Source: Thalia democratica (lineage: Eukaryota). From it: a stretch of DNA of 64,000 bases. Both the position numbers and the translations under genes were made by a program. Under the pieces are notes generated by a model that saw only the letters and a program-made list of their open reading frames with translations, was not told where the DNA came from and made no database searches. The stretch is taken from the NCBI GenBank assembly GCA_965202585.1, contig OZ241833.1, positions 10,974,001 to 11,038,000 of the forward strand, read 5' to 3'. This document shows, piece by piece, positions 52,201-64,000 of the stretch. The first letter of the stretch is position 1; the number at the start of each line of letters is the position of its first letter.

Positions 52201-55200
52201 AATTCATTTAATTTATGATTTTGAATATTACTAAAACTATGCTATGAATGCTTTTTGTGTCACCCACCAAATAAACTTATATAGTTCAACCTTTTAGAAA
52301 CAACATACTAATTTTGTGATTAAAAACATAAAATTAAAACAAAATGAACAAAACTATCCGTAGAACAAAAATAATTTTTTTTTTAATTAACTGTATTGCC
52401 GGAAGGAATTTTATTGTTTAAAAACAACATTAGCAATTAAATATAACTATATTTTTAATTTTAGTAATTTTTATACTTAATCTTTCTGAATCGTATCTCC
52501 GATTCTATTTCAAAAGTTGAACAATTTGTAAAACAGTTTTGAAGATTGTTGAAGTTTTTTATTTAGACCAATGATGACTTAATTATATAAGGTTACAAAA
52601 AACAAAATAAGCTCATCAAAATAAAACTAATGACGTTAAATTAATATTGTCAATATTAGTAGGGCTATTCTTTAACCGTTTCATTTTTTTGACACTTTTG
52701 TCGATTATGTTCAATTCTTTATTTTCAGTATGTTATAACAAATATTTTTTACTAACTTAAACAACAACGATTAACTGTTCTTATATTCAATTATGTGTGT
52801 GCATTTATATTTCTAAAACCAGATACTATACGAGCAACTTTATTTAAGCAAACAAAACAAGTTTTTATCTAAAAAGATTAAAAAAAAAAAATGTTATTAA
52901 TAAAGTTTTATAATAAAAAAAACTCAATAACAACAACCGTTCAGTTTTTCAACTAGTTTTATATTAAAAATGCGTTATGAAACTTATTTTACTACTAATA
53001 TATTTCAACAACTTTTAAACAATAATAAAAAGAAAAGAGCAACACTTTCAATTGTCTCTAGTTATAATTGAAATTGTAGATCACTATAAAATAAAAATTG
53101 TTACCGTCACTAGTTAATACACACTTTATATAAAAGACTGTCAATTCTACTTAAAAATAAACTTGAGTTTTTTAACTAGGTGCAAAGGAGTATGTGACTC
53201 AATTACACTTGACTTGTACGATCAGTGGCGTGGTTTAAATGATTCAAACGGTCAGTTCCGTTTTACTGCTCCCACTCACGCAATGCTTGCATTTAGCGAA
53301 GCTTTACGAGAGCTTGAAGATGAAGGAGGTGTGTCTGATAGATTTGAAAGGTTAACGTTTCGTAAAACTTTATTAATGGAGAACAATTATAGTAAGTATT
53401 TATGATAACTAAAAACATCTAAGATAGTAAATTAAATCGTTGCCATATAGTAAAATAAACTGGTTATGAAGTTTAAAGTTAAGTAGAATAGTATACTAAA
53501 ATAAAACATACGCATACGATTTTTAATTTTGTTATGAAATATATTTTTAAAGTTACTAAAAGCAATATTTTAGTTATATCCAGCAGAGCTGAGATGTTTT
53601 CTTTTTTATTCAAATAGCACTGGACTGCACCGCACAACCATCAACAACAGTTTTCGAGACAACCTTCGACCAGTTTATTTTTTCCTATTAGGAATAGTCA
53701 GGCGAAAAAATTTTTGAGTATCAGTTGTTTTCACTCAATTAAACGAGTTTATTGAATTGTAGCGAAAATGTCTCAGCTTTACTGAATTTAACTAAATGTA
53801 GCACCTAGTTATCTTATTAAACAGGCATAAACTATAATCTCACATCGAAACTGATTACGTATAAGCAGTTGAGTTTTTAACGATATAATTGCGTCAACTT
53901 TTCGACTTTACCCACAAACGGATACTCATAGTGCTAAGGTATTTTATCTCGCTTTATTAGACTGAATAGTGCGGTCTTTTTCGACTATATCTGCCTGGTA
54001 TGACCTAATAAGGACGAAACCGGTCGTATTTTGTCTCGAAAACTGTTGATGATGGTCATTTCTTGGACAGTACTTACTTTTAACATTACTTAATTTTTAT
54101 ACTTGTGCGTACATTGTTATACAGTAGGTACATCAAAAAGTCACGAACCTTAACTCAAGGAAAAAGTGCGTGCCTTCCGTGAAGTTCATAGCTTACAGTA
54201 TCGATATAAATGTTACCTTTTTTACACCAAACAAAAGTAACATCTATTTATTTTTATACAAACACGATCTGTTTTAGTTTAATTTATAACTTAATCAAAA
54301 TAGTTTGCTTTATTTATAAAAACGTGTTAAGATCACATTTGATCTTTAATTTTATTCCTTTAACAATTTATAAGAACTTTTTAGTTCCACGAATTTTCAA
54401 GATTAAAAGCGTATTTTACGCAGGTGCGAACTTTTTAAAGATCATTTTTAATAATTGTACAATCAATTCCCTTATTATGTAGTCTTACTTTCGTAAAAAT
54501 ATTTATTTTACATAAACTAAGTGTAATTTTTTGACACTAATGTAACGTATATTAGTAAAAAAAGGGTAACAAGTAGTTTATTTACATCGGCTAAATTTAA
54601 ATTTGAAAACTTATATAGTTTTTAATTATCTAGGTGTTACCAATATTAAAAATATTTATTTTATAATGTTATATTATTGTTTTACTACTTTAAAGGTTTA
54701 GTTTAAATATATACCGTTTTTAAATATTTTTTAAAGCCTTACAACCATGTCGATCAGAAAAATTAAATGGTACTAGTTTTTAGTAATTTAAACATCAGAC
54801 TTTATTTTATAATTTTTAATGAATAAAAGAACACTCAAATTTTTTCTTTCCAATATATTTCGTCAAACTCTCTTCAGTGAAATTACAATTGAAACAAAAC
54901 AATAAAACACAACAAGTATATATACAAAAATTTTACAAATCAATTAACTGATCAATTAAATAAACGTAAATGTAATCAACAAAAACTTTAAAAATCAACA
55001 CAAAGTGGTCTTAACTAAATAAGGCTAAGGTGTAGTCAAATTCTTTCTATTTCATAAATTTAGTTTGTTTAAATGTAATAAAATGGCTTCAAGTCTAATT
55101 AATTCCAATGTATTTGAACATTGTCGCATTACACTAAAATTAGATAGTTCAAACTTTTTTCCACTACTTGGATTATTCACAAGTATACTAGTGGATTATA

Positions 55201-56065
55201 CTAGTTTTTGAAAGAAATGAAAAAAAAAACCTTAACTTCAGTATAAATTTAAATCTAAAAACTACACCTAAGAACAAAAATGTTTTCAATTACTTGTTAA
55301 TCGTTAAAAAACTATATATATTTTTTTATATTTATTTAGCATGATATAATAAAAACCCCTTGTACAAAAACTTTACTTTAATGAATATAAAATACTGTAT
55401 AACTATTATGAATTAAAAACCTTTTAGAATTTTAGTTTCTTTATAGTTTAAACTTAAAGTATGTATTTAAATTTATTTTATATTAATGTTAGTTAACTAT
55501 TTTCAAAGTTCTGTAGTGATTACTTTGTTTTTATAATAAAAAATTGTAGTGGTATGCTACCACTTTAGTAAATGTGTTTAATTGACATAGTTTATCCTTT
55601 TTTAGGTATCGCAACAACGCTAACTTGTTACTTAAAGGAATGAAAAATATAGGCTTTGTTCCGTTTTTGAATCCATTGAATCACCCTTTGAGTTGCATAA
55701 TTACCTCATTTTATTACCCAGCTTGTGAAAACTTTGTGTTTGATGTGTTCTACGAAAAGTTAAGTGAAAGAGGCTAGTTATAAGCTTTTCTTAGTTAAAC
55801 CTTTTTATTTTTCAAAACCAAAAGATACGCAAAAATTTTGTTTTCTAATTATAACGTAACAACTTTATAAAATTACAGACGATAAAACATAATTTAGCTA
55901 GAACTTATATACACTTTTAAAACAGGTAGTATCATTTACCCTGGTCAGGTAACTACAGCAAAATGTTTTCGAGTTGGAACTATTGGTGATATTAACACTG
56001 ATGACATGTTAAAACTGCTAAATGACATAGAAGAAGTTGTTTTTGAAATGAAAATAAAGTTTTAA
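43223..56065 (+). CDS. phnW: 2-aminoethylphosphonate-pyruvate transaminase (PhnW/AEPT-like, class V PLP enzyme), 400 aa. Exons 43223-43304, 43777-43894, 46294-46429, 47551-47788, 49904-50054, 53180-53350, 55606-55776 (or 55772), 55930 (or 55926)-56065
   Basis: All phases fit (1203 nt including stop). Motifs include [59 protein letters not shown] (PLP lysine), [15 protein letters not shown] and [14 protein letters not shown], colinear with bacterial PhnW. Confidence 0.95.
45450..45493 (-). ncRNA. Minimal type I hammerhead ribozyme, intact core
   Basis: CUUGG-CUGAAGA-C(GCG-uauuaaa-CGC)A-GAAA-CAGCUG-UC-CUAAG. Palindromic stem III ACAGCUGU and GUC triplet. Confidence 0.8.
45682..45726 (-). ncRNA. 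Decayed hammerhead (paralog of 45984)
   Basis: CUGAUGA and GUC are retained, but GAAA has become GAAU and stem II is disrupted. Confidence 0.7.
45984..46028 (-). ncRNA. Minimal type I hammerhead ribozyme, intact core
   Basis: UUUGAAG-CUGAUGA-GUGA(GUAA)UCAC-GAAA-CUCGAG-UU-CUUUGAG. GNRA loop II, palindromic stem III ACUCGAGU and GUU triplet. Confidence 0.85.
48325..48904. mobile_element. Non-autonomous TIR element with inverted subterminal arrays of ttgcacga motifs
   Basis: Ends gggaacgggtc / gacagttaccc. Roughly 7-8 ttgcacga units lie on the left and the complementary tcgtgcaa units on the right. Confidence 0.8.
53618..54190. mobile_element. Old inverted element with outward-facing decayed HHRs (53663-53704 minus, 53990-54028 plus), same family as the 34.3 kb palindrome
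   Basis: Both copies share ttgtctcgaaaactgttg..gatgg tails. The right copy keeps ggacGAAACCGGTC. Both cores are mutated. Confidence 0.75.
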
Positions 56066-59000
56066 TTTGTATTCATAAAAACAAGTTTAACTAAAAAATT
56101 CATTCTGCTAATTAAACTTTTTTTTCTTGAATTATAATCAAATCACTAAGTTTTATACATATATTTATTTTTCTGTTAGTTTATTTAATTGTTATGTTTA
56201 TTTTTAAAAACTTTACAGAATTTTTGTGCAATTTACTATGCTAATTAAATTTTAAAAACATTTAATTTTTTTAAAGGTTTTTTAGTAATTTTTTCATTCC
56301 TTTATTAATGTATAGGTTAAATACTTCGTGCTGAAGTTCGCAGCACGGTTGTCATAATTCAGAGTTCTCACGTGTATAAGAATTATAACAGTTTATATAG
56401 TACAGAAATGTTTATCTAACTTAAAATATCATGCTCGAGTAATTGTGCGACCAATGGCCATACACTCATAACCAGTCTGATATAACTTTGGTTTGTGTAA
56501 ACCAAACTGTGTATATGTTATTAATATTTTGAGAATTAGTTTACTCTTAACAAAGTTTTAGAACCGTTAGATTTAAAGAATGCTTCATTTGTAAACGTTC
56601 TTCCTTGAAAACAAATTTACACTTTACTTCTATACTGTGGCAAATAGCATATCTGCTTCGCAGTGTCAAACTCAAAACTATACATAAGACATTAATAAAA
56701 AAAATTATCTATATAAAATGTTGAACATTAAATATTCTTTTACATCAGTTTTATCGTTAGAGTGGGCAACGTACGGCTAAAAGAAAACTCTAGCCCAGAA
56801 ATACTTTTTAGGTTTGGAAAGGTATTTTGCAAACCTAATAAAATAGATACTTTAATTGATATATTTTTTTAATTTAATTGTTTTTTGTGCTTCTAAAATG
56901 ATTACTTAATTGCACTTTTTCTTATTTTGATTTAATTTTGGGTTCTTCAAAAATTAATGCCCGCTAAGACACTTTTTAGTAATTCCGGCCCGCAAAATAT
57001 TTTTTCTGGTAAATCTGCTCAGCCAATCAGTAAAGTTTCCAACCGTGGTTTAACTCAATGCACTGATCACAGTAAAAAATAACTTGCGATTTTTAATTTG
57101 TTATAAATTAAAAAAAGTATGTTGATTTTTTTAGTGATAAAAACTAGTTATTAAAATAACTTGTATAAAATAGATTTTTATTCTCTTTTTAGCCTTACAC
57201 CAAAAATATTTAAAATATATGAATTACTTATGCAAGTATATATTTAAAGTGACCAAAAGAATAAACAAAATAAATGCATGTATAAAAAAGTAAGCTTAAA
57301 TTTAAGCATGCAAATAAAAAAAATCATAGAAAATAGTTAAGTACTAGCGTTTTATTTACAAATTTTCTCTATTTACTTTAGAAAATAAAGTTACTTGTTT
57401 TTTTGTATAAGATAACATAACTTATTTATAGGCATGTTTTTTGACTTTAAACAAACATAAGTTATATAATAAATAAAGTTTTACAAATTAATTTTAATCG
57501 TAAAGTCCTATGCTGAATAATTAAACTAAATATTAAACATTAATTTTTAAGCGAATGACAGACTTTAACACTTTTCGCACTTAGATTTTAATTATCATTT
57601 TAAATCTACAAGTTTTATGATGTGTAATATAGTTTTTTTCTATAAATATCAAAAATATCCTCTATACTAGGTTTACATATCCATTTAGGTCTTAGCTAAT
57701 GTGATCTTTGTGAAATGTACATAATTATTTGATTATTACTTCGTAAGCAATAATTTTATTTACTTTGATAGGAAACAGAATTTATCATATCTGGCAATTA
57801 TAACATGTTTTGATTTTTAGAAAACAAATAAAAAGATCTCAACTACCAGAGGAGAAATAATGAAATTTTATTCTTTCAAGGTTTATTTCACAAACTAAGT
57901 TTTGGTCAAAGACCATGTCAGTACTTAAATAAATCTTTTCAAAGTAATTAATATCTGGCAATTATTCATTTAATGTTTTTTGAAACATTAAAAAATAAAC
58001 TACTAAACAAATAGTATTAATCTTCACATAAAAAAAAAGAAAAGATTAAAACTATTTATATAATAATCATTATAAAGCGAGGTTAACACAAAACTAGAAT
58101 GAAAATACTTAGCAGATGCACGTTCCCCACCAAAAAACAATTAAATTTTCTTCTTTTTTAACTTAACAAATTAAGTTCAAATATGTAAAAAAAAATTGTA
58201 ACTTTAATAGTTTTTCGATGTGAAACGTGAATCAGCTAAGGAATCCAGCCCGCGGATGAAAATGACTGGCCCGCAAAGGTCATTGTACAAAATTTTCATA
58301 AAACTTTGTATAATAATTTAAAATAAAATAACTGTAAGAATTTGACTTTAGAAAAAATATTTGAAATTGAATTTTAATTTATGTATAGTGATAAAAACAC
58401 CATTTTGTTGTAGAATTTTGTTTTGTTCAAAATCAGTGGTGTAATTCTTATTTATATTGATTTAAATATCGTTACTAAATATGAAATTAAATATTATTAA
58501 TATAATAATCCAGCACAAGGATGCCAAAAAATAGATTATTCCAAGAAATTAATAAAAAATGTAAGTTTTAGCTTAAAATGTTACTTTCGAGTAATTTTTA
58601 GTAATCGAATTTTTGTATTTATAAAATTAGTACTAATTCGGTCAAGGGTTATACCAAAAATAGAGTTCTAAATACCTAATAAACATCAATTTAAAATGTC
58701 ATATTTGATAATTTTTTGTGAAAAAATGGATTTGAAATAGTGATCTACAAGATATATGAAACTAATATCCTGCCAAATCCTTTTTTTCACTAAAATTTCA
58801 AAGACTGAAATTTTTCGGTTCCAGCCCGCCGATCAAAAAAGTTGCCTACCCCTATTATATAGGATTCTCAATATGTTATTGATTTATTTATTTTTCAAAT
58901 ATCATATGCGTTAAATTCAGTTTAGATAATTTAATTTCGTTTTCTTCTAAGTTTCAAAGCTTTTCTTATGATTATACCATATAATTTTAAAAGTGCCTTT

Positions 59001-59656
59001 TGTCGATTCAATATAATCATTTATTTTTTAGATGATATTATTGCTTTATAAACTATATTTTTATTAAGTATCTATTATCCATTGGACATAAATTCTAAGA
59101 GCGGCAGTTAAAAGAGAATATTAGCGGTTTAGTTTTGTTTCTATATTTTATTTAATTTGTTTAAAGGTTTTGTCGTTTTAAAATACTTTTGCATGTAGAT
59201 TCAATTAATTTAATGTCTTTATAATAGTTCTTCTATAGAAGAACTTTTTATTAATAATAAATTAAAATATCATAACTTTTTGTACGTATATTCGTATTTT
59301 ATTAATAAAAAAATCATTGCCTAATATTTAAAACAATATAATGATGCAAAAATAAACTCTTAGTTGAAAATTCTTATGTAATTTAACTCTAGATTTGATT
59401 TCAAAACTGTACTACTTTTTATTTTGAGTAGCCCATTTTTATTTATTCAACTTATTAAGTGTTAGGTGGCAGTGTTTTAATTAAGTACGTGTAACATAGC
59501 GCTAAATTACATTTATAAATGTATATCTATAGCATGATTTTCTAGGTATGTTACTCTATTAAAAAAAAAACAATTACAATACATATGCATTTCATGCTCC
59601 TAAAACTTTTAAAAATAAGATAACTAAGATTTGTAAGTGCATAACTTATTGTAATA

Positions 59657-60030
59657 TTAAAATCTATAATTCCTGGCTATTGCACTAAGGTAGTCAAGTT
59701 TTTCCATCAATGGATATCTTTCAACGATTGTTTTGATTCTTTCCTCTTTTTTCTGAATGTTCATTCGAGGTAGAGGAGGACTCTTACCGCTTTCGTAACG
59801 AGCCTTTCTCGCAGAGATCAGTCCTTTGTCTCTATTAAGACTTAATGCACTTAAAAACACTGGGATTTGCACAGTTAACTTACTCTAAAGACTTCTGTAC
59901 CAGCCTCCTAGAGCATTGTTAGTTCGATGCTCTCCTGACAGTGTTTGAAGGTACAGATTTCATAATGAATTAGGGAACAAGGGCTGACGGTTGCTTCTGG
60001 GAATTCCCACATAGGTATCTTTAAAATATG
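59657..60030 (-). mobile_element. MULE (Mutator-like) transposase C-terminal relic
   Basis: The minus frame reads YFKDTYVG..QPLFPNSL*NLY..HRTNNALGGWY..NPSVFKCIK, matching the MULE motif PLFP..W......RTNN..EGW. It contains stops and frameshifts. Confidence 0.75.
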
Positions 60031-62288
60031 CAAAAAGAGGCACAGTTCTTTTTTTAAATTTAAACAATAATTGTTCGACTGATACTGATTTGTATAACTT
60101 TTTTATAACAAAAGTAATACTTTTAAACTATATAAGCTAATTATATTGTTAATATTATAAGCATAACCACTATAAAAAAGTACTAAAAAAGTATTCCTAT
60201 CAGTTTATAAAGATTAAATTTTGTAATGAAAAATTAAAATAAAATACAATGTTTACTTTAAAAAAAGTTTTATTTCATTAAAAAGATACAAACATTTTCA
60301 GTTTAAAATGTTGATAAAAATAATTGTTGAAGTTATATTTTCTAATTATGTTAGTCTAAAAAAATAAAATAATAACAATATGGCAAAAAAGGCTTTTTAG
60401 CTAAAAGACATCAAAATACTGTATTGTAATACTCGTTTTAGTTTTTGCAATCAGAACTCGGGTCTTGGTCTTGTCACCTTGACTCGGTCCTCGACTTCTT
60501 GTTAGTGACTACATTGCATAAGTCTAGTTAGACTATTGAAACACTATTTTTAATCAGTATATTTCTTATTTGTAATATGTATGTAATAGATGGACGACTT
60601 TTTTAAGCAGTTTCTCGTTAAGTAATGGTTTAATGATGTGCAATATAATTAAAAAAAAATAGTTTAATAAAAAACAATGATAACTAATTTTTGTTTTTAT
60701 GATATTTAATCTTATTAAGTTAATTTATAGAACTACGCTTTACAATTAGTCAAATGAGTTTATATCATTACGTAAAAAACTTAATGTTATTTTTTAATCA
60801 ATTTATTTATACACTTCCTAAAAAAACTATAAATACTCTTTAAGATTGCTTAATTTTTATGTCTTAAATTATTAAGAATATTTTAAAGATTATCTTAATA
60901 GTCATCTATTTCTGAAAGATAATTTTACTTCTAACAATTTATTTATTCATTTTTAAGCAAAATTTATTTTTTTACGATAACTAAAAAAATAGTTCTATAA
61001 AAACTTTAATATCTCAAATCTAAAAAGCAACTTTTGATAAAAAATACAACTTTATTTATATTACTTGTTGCAACATATGTCTAAATTTTAATCGTCTTGT
61101 ACAAAAAAGTTCAATTGTGGCATTTGAGTTGTCTGAATTTGAATTGTCGTTATTTTAATTGCGCGAATTTGAGTTGTCGAGTTTGAATAGTTGGAATTTG
61201 GATTGTCAGAAATTGAATTGTCAGATTTTAAATAGAAGTGCACCCTCGCAAATCTACGCACATTGTGTCCACAGCATAATAGCGTAACTAAGCGACAGGT
61301 AGTTAATATACCTACTATATTGATTCTTTTAATGTATTTGATTAAATACAGTTCGTGGACTTTCCACTTTTTTTTTTTAAATAGTTTTTGTTCAAGTTGA
61401 ACACAAATGTGAAAAGTCTTTTAATAAAAACTTTTTATGTGTATACAAATTATGTTTTTCTACGTTCTTTGCCTACCTAAGACTAAACCTAAGAGATTTA
61501 TTGAGTTGAAATGAAACTTTATACGCCGAATTTGTGAGTAAAGTTGAAAATTGTACCTTGTTTGATTTAGGGGACTAAGACACCTAAAGAGAAAAGCAAT
61601 AGAGTTCAATAGGCTTCCTATAGAAGGCACATACTTAAAACGCAAAAATCTCATTATTTTTTTAATTTATCTCTTTATATATAAGGATTTAAAATGATAT
61701 ATAAGAAGTTAGAAATATTACTTACTCTTTACATATAAAAATTTATCAATATTAAAGATTAAAAATCTTGTTTGTTTTAGTATTTTTTGAGAAATCTAAA
61801 ATGCGTAACTAAACGAGAGTGCGTAACCAAACGAGTGCGTAGATTCGCGAGAGGTGACTGTAGATTAAAACTTTTTAACTTAGCTCAAATTGTATAATAC
61901 TTTGAAAGTTTTTAATTACTATCAAACATTTATTATTTAGAATATGAATTGAGATAAATTATTTCACAAAGTTGTAAATATATATATACTTTTAAATTAG
62001 TTTAGTAACACCACAATTTTAGAGAAGTTAAATAACAACTTTACAAAAAAAAAATTACATATAAAAGTACTTGGAAATATAAATTATTTAGATTTCCTAT
62101 GCATTTTTAATCTTATTTTAATTATATTTAAAAATAAAGGTAAACGAATATTATAACTTTAAACAGAATTATCATTGTTTTTACGCTTCTTCTTACAGTT
62201 TTTTTAATAAACTGTACATTAATTAAACAAGTTTAGACAGCAAATTTAATATTAACAAATTATGCAATATCCTTCATTTATTACACTG

Positions 62289-62724
62289 ACATATGTTTCT
62301 GTGTGTTAAACGAGTCAACACACTTTAAGTGAGCTCTGTAAAATAAAAATACTGCAAGGAAAGAATAGAAGCTAAAGTAGGTATATACATGTGTCCATTA
62401 AAAATAAAAATAATTGCTATAGATTTTTATAGGTTAATAGTAGATAAAATACTTAATGTTAAATCCGACTGTTATAAAACTGTATAATATTTTTAATTAT
62501 AAAGTCTAAATTAAATAAGTTAATAAAGTAATTAAACTTGGTTTTAAACCCAAAAACAATGTAAGTAAAAATTGTAAGTGTCGTAAGTCGAATAAACTAA
62601 ACTGTCCGTTACATGGTAACTGCTTAATTAAAAATGTCGTGTATAAGGTGCGTGTTAAATGTAATCTTAGTGATTATAATAATAAAAATAATAATAATAA
62701 TGATAATAATAAGGATAAATTGTA
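62289..62724 (+). mobile_element. Homolog of the 26 kb fold-back arm joined to a PLE Cys-rich linker/GIY-YIG start fragment
   Basis: 62289-62520 is similar to about 26150-26380. 62573-62670 encodes CKCRKSNKLNCPLHGNCLIKNVVYKVRV, followed by an (AAT)n-rich tract. Confidence 0.65.
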
Positions 62725-62779
62725 ATAACGTAGTTAATTTATCATCCTTGGCATATAATTATAGTAAATCAAAACCTGA

Positions 62780-63807
62780 ATGAAAAATGACAACAACTTG
62801 ATATTTTCTAAACTCGACAAGGGTGTATTAATGAATAAATCTGATTATTTCGAAAAAATTAATGATCCAACAAAATTTAAACTTTTAGGCGCAGCAAAAG
62901 AACTAGATAATATTGATAAAGTGGAAAGTGAATTTATTAAGTTTTTGAAACAGTTTTATACAAGAATGAAATTAGTTTATTTTTATTCAATTTAATTAAA
63001 CAGTTTGGATCAATTACCCCACGTTTGTATGGCTTACCAAAAATTCATAAAGAAAACGTTCCTTTGAAGCCCATTTTATCTTTGGTAAATTCAGCACAGC
63101 ATAAATTGGCAAAGTTTTAAAACTCGAGTCTTGAACCAGTTTTGAAAAATTTTTCGGCATAGTTTTTAAAGGATTCCTTTACGTTCGTAGACAAAATTTA
63201 AAAAATGGAAGTTACTAATACGTTTATTGCGTCGTTTGATGTTAAAAGCCTTTTTACTAACGTACCATTAGAAGAGGTTGTTGAAATTTGTGTTGATACA
63301 TTGTATAAGATAAGTAAACCTATAATTAGCAGAATGAATTTGAAAAAACTTTTGAAACTTGCAACTTCTGGCGTTAAGTTTAGTTTTAATTCCTTAATTT
63401 ATTCACAACAAGACACGTTTAGCCATGGGATTCCCCTTGGGACCAACATTGGCTAATGTATTTATGGATTACATTGAATTAAAAGTTTTTCCTGCTTTCA
63501 AAAATAGTTTATTGTATCTAAGGTATGTTGATGATTGATTTGTTTTAGTTAGAAGCGAGAAAATTATGGATGAATTTTTTAATATATTGAATAATGCTCA
63601 TGATTCTATAAGTTTCACAGTAGAGAAAGAAAACAATGATGAACTTGCATTTTTAGACATACAAGTTAAACGGAAAGAAAATAGATTTTGTACAGAAAGA
63701 AAACTTTTACAGGATGTTATTTAAATTTTCAATCAAATTGTAGTTTAAAGAGAAAAGTAAATCTAATTAGAACTATATGTCATCGTGCACACAAAATTTG
63801 TTCCCCA
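62780..63807 (+). pseudogene. Decayed Penelope-like RT fragment related to the 20 kb element
   Basis: PRLYGLPKIHK, FDVKSLFTNVPL, LRYVDD*, ELAFLDIQV and KRKVNLIRTICHRAHKICSP, with multiple frameshifts and stops. Confidence 0.9.
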
Positions 63808-64000
63808 GGGGTGGGTGTCACTTTTGCACGAGCGTCACTTTTGCACGAGGGGACACTTTTGCGCGAGGGTCACTTTTGCACGAAGGGTCACTTTTGCACG
63901 AGGGGACACTTTTGCACGGCGACTCTTTTGCACAAGCGTCACTTTAGCACGAGGGGACACTTTTGCACGACGCTACTTTTGCACGCAGGGTCACTTTTGC
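63808..64000. mobile_element. Left end of an array-type TIR element inserted into the PLE relic (runs off window)
   Basis: The PLE frame breaks abruptly after ICSP. Tandem 18-19-bp cacttttgcacgaggg units follow, the same motif as in 48325-48904. Confidence 0.75.

Noticed and set aside
63808-64000. Regular short repeats here, at 48340-48900 and at 35007-35230 as possible CRISPR arrays
   Set aside because: They are tandem degenerate units without unique spacers, in a eukaryotic context with no cas genes. They are transposon subterminal arrays.

Overview
AT-rich, intron-containing animal DNA; a Hydra-like cnidarian is my inference, not shown directly. Four spliced genes were assembled by hand from GT-AG junctions and exon phase. 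(1) The 3' part of ATP-citrate lyase (ACLY, +, 440-7157). (2) An ERICH2-like acidic protein (-, core exons 13504-16697). (3) An unrecognised multi-exon gene (+, about 29175-38340). (4) A complete 8-exon, 400-aa 2-aminoethylphosphonate-pyruvate transaminase (PhnW/AEPT-like, +, 43223-56065) with a probable mitochondrial presequence. The remainder is rich in transposable elements: Penelope-like retroelements (PLEs; one near-intact 5'-truncated RT+GIY-YIG copy and several relics), an internally deleted pogo/Tigger element, a MULE relic, hAT-type MITEs and fold-back elements. The most unusual signal is a dense population of minimal type I hammerhead ribozymes (HHRs) of at least three sequence types. 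Five have intact catalytic cores and about ten are decayed. Many are arranged as outward-facing pairs at the ends of inverted-repeat elements, including a near-perfect 289-bp palindrome carrying an intact HHR on each strand. Others form a head-to-tail cluster antisense within an AEPT intron. No tRNA, rRNA or CRISPR array was seen.
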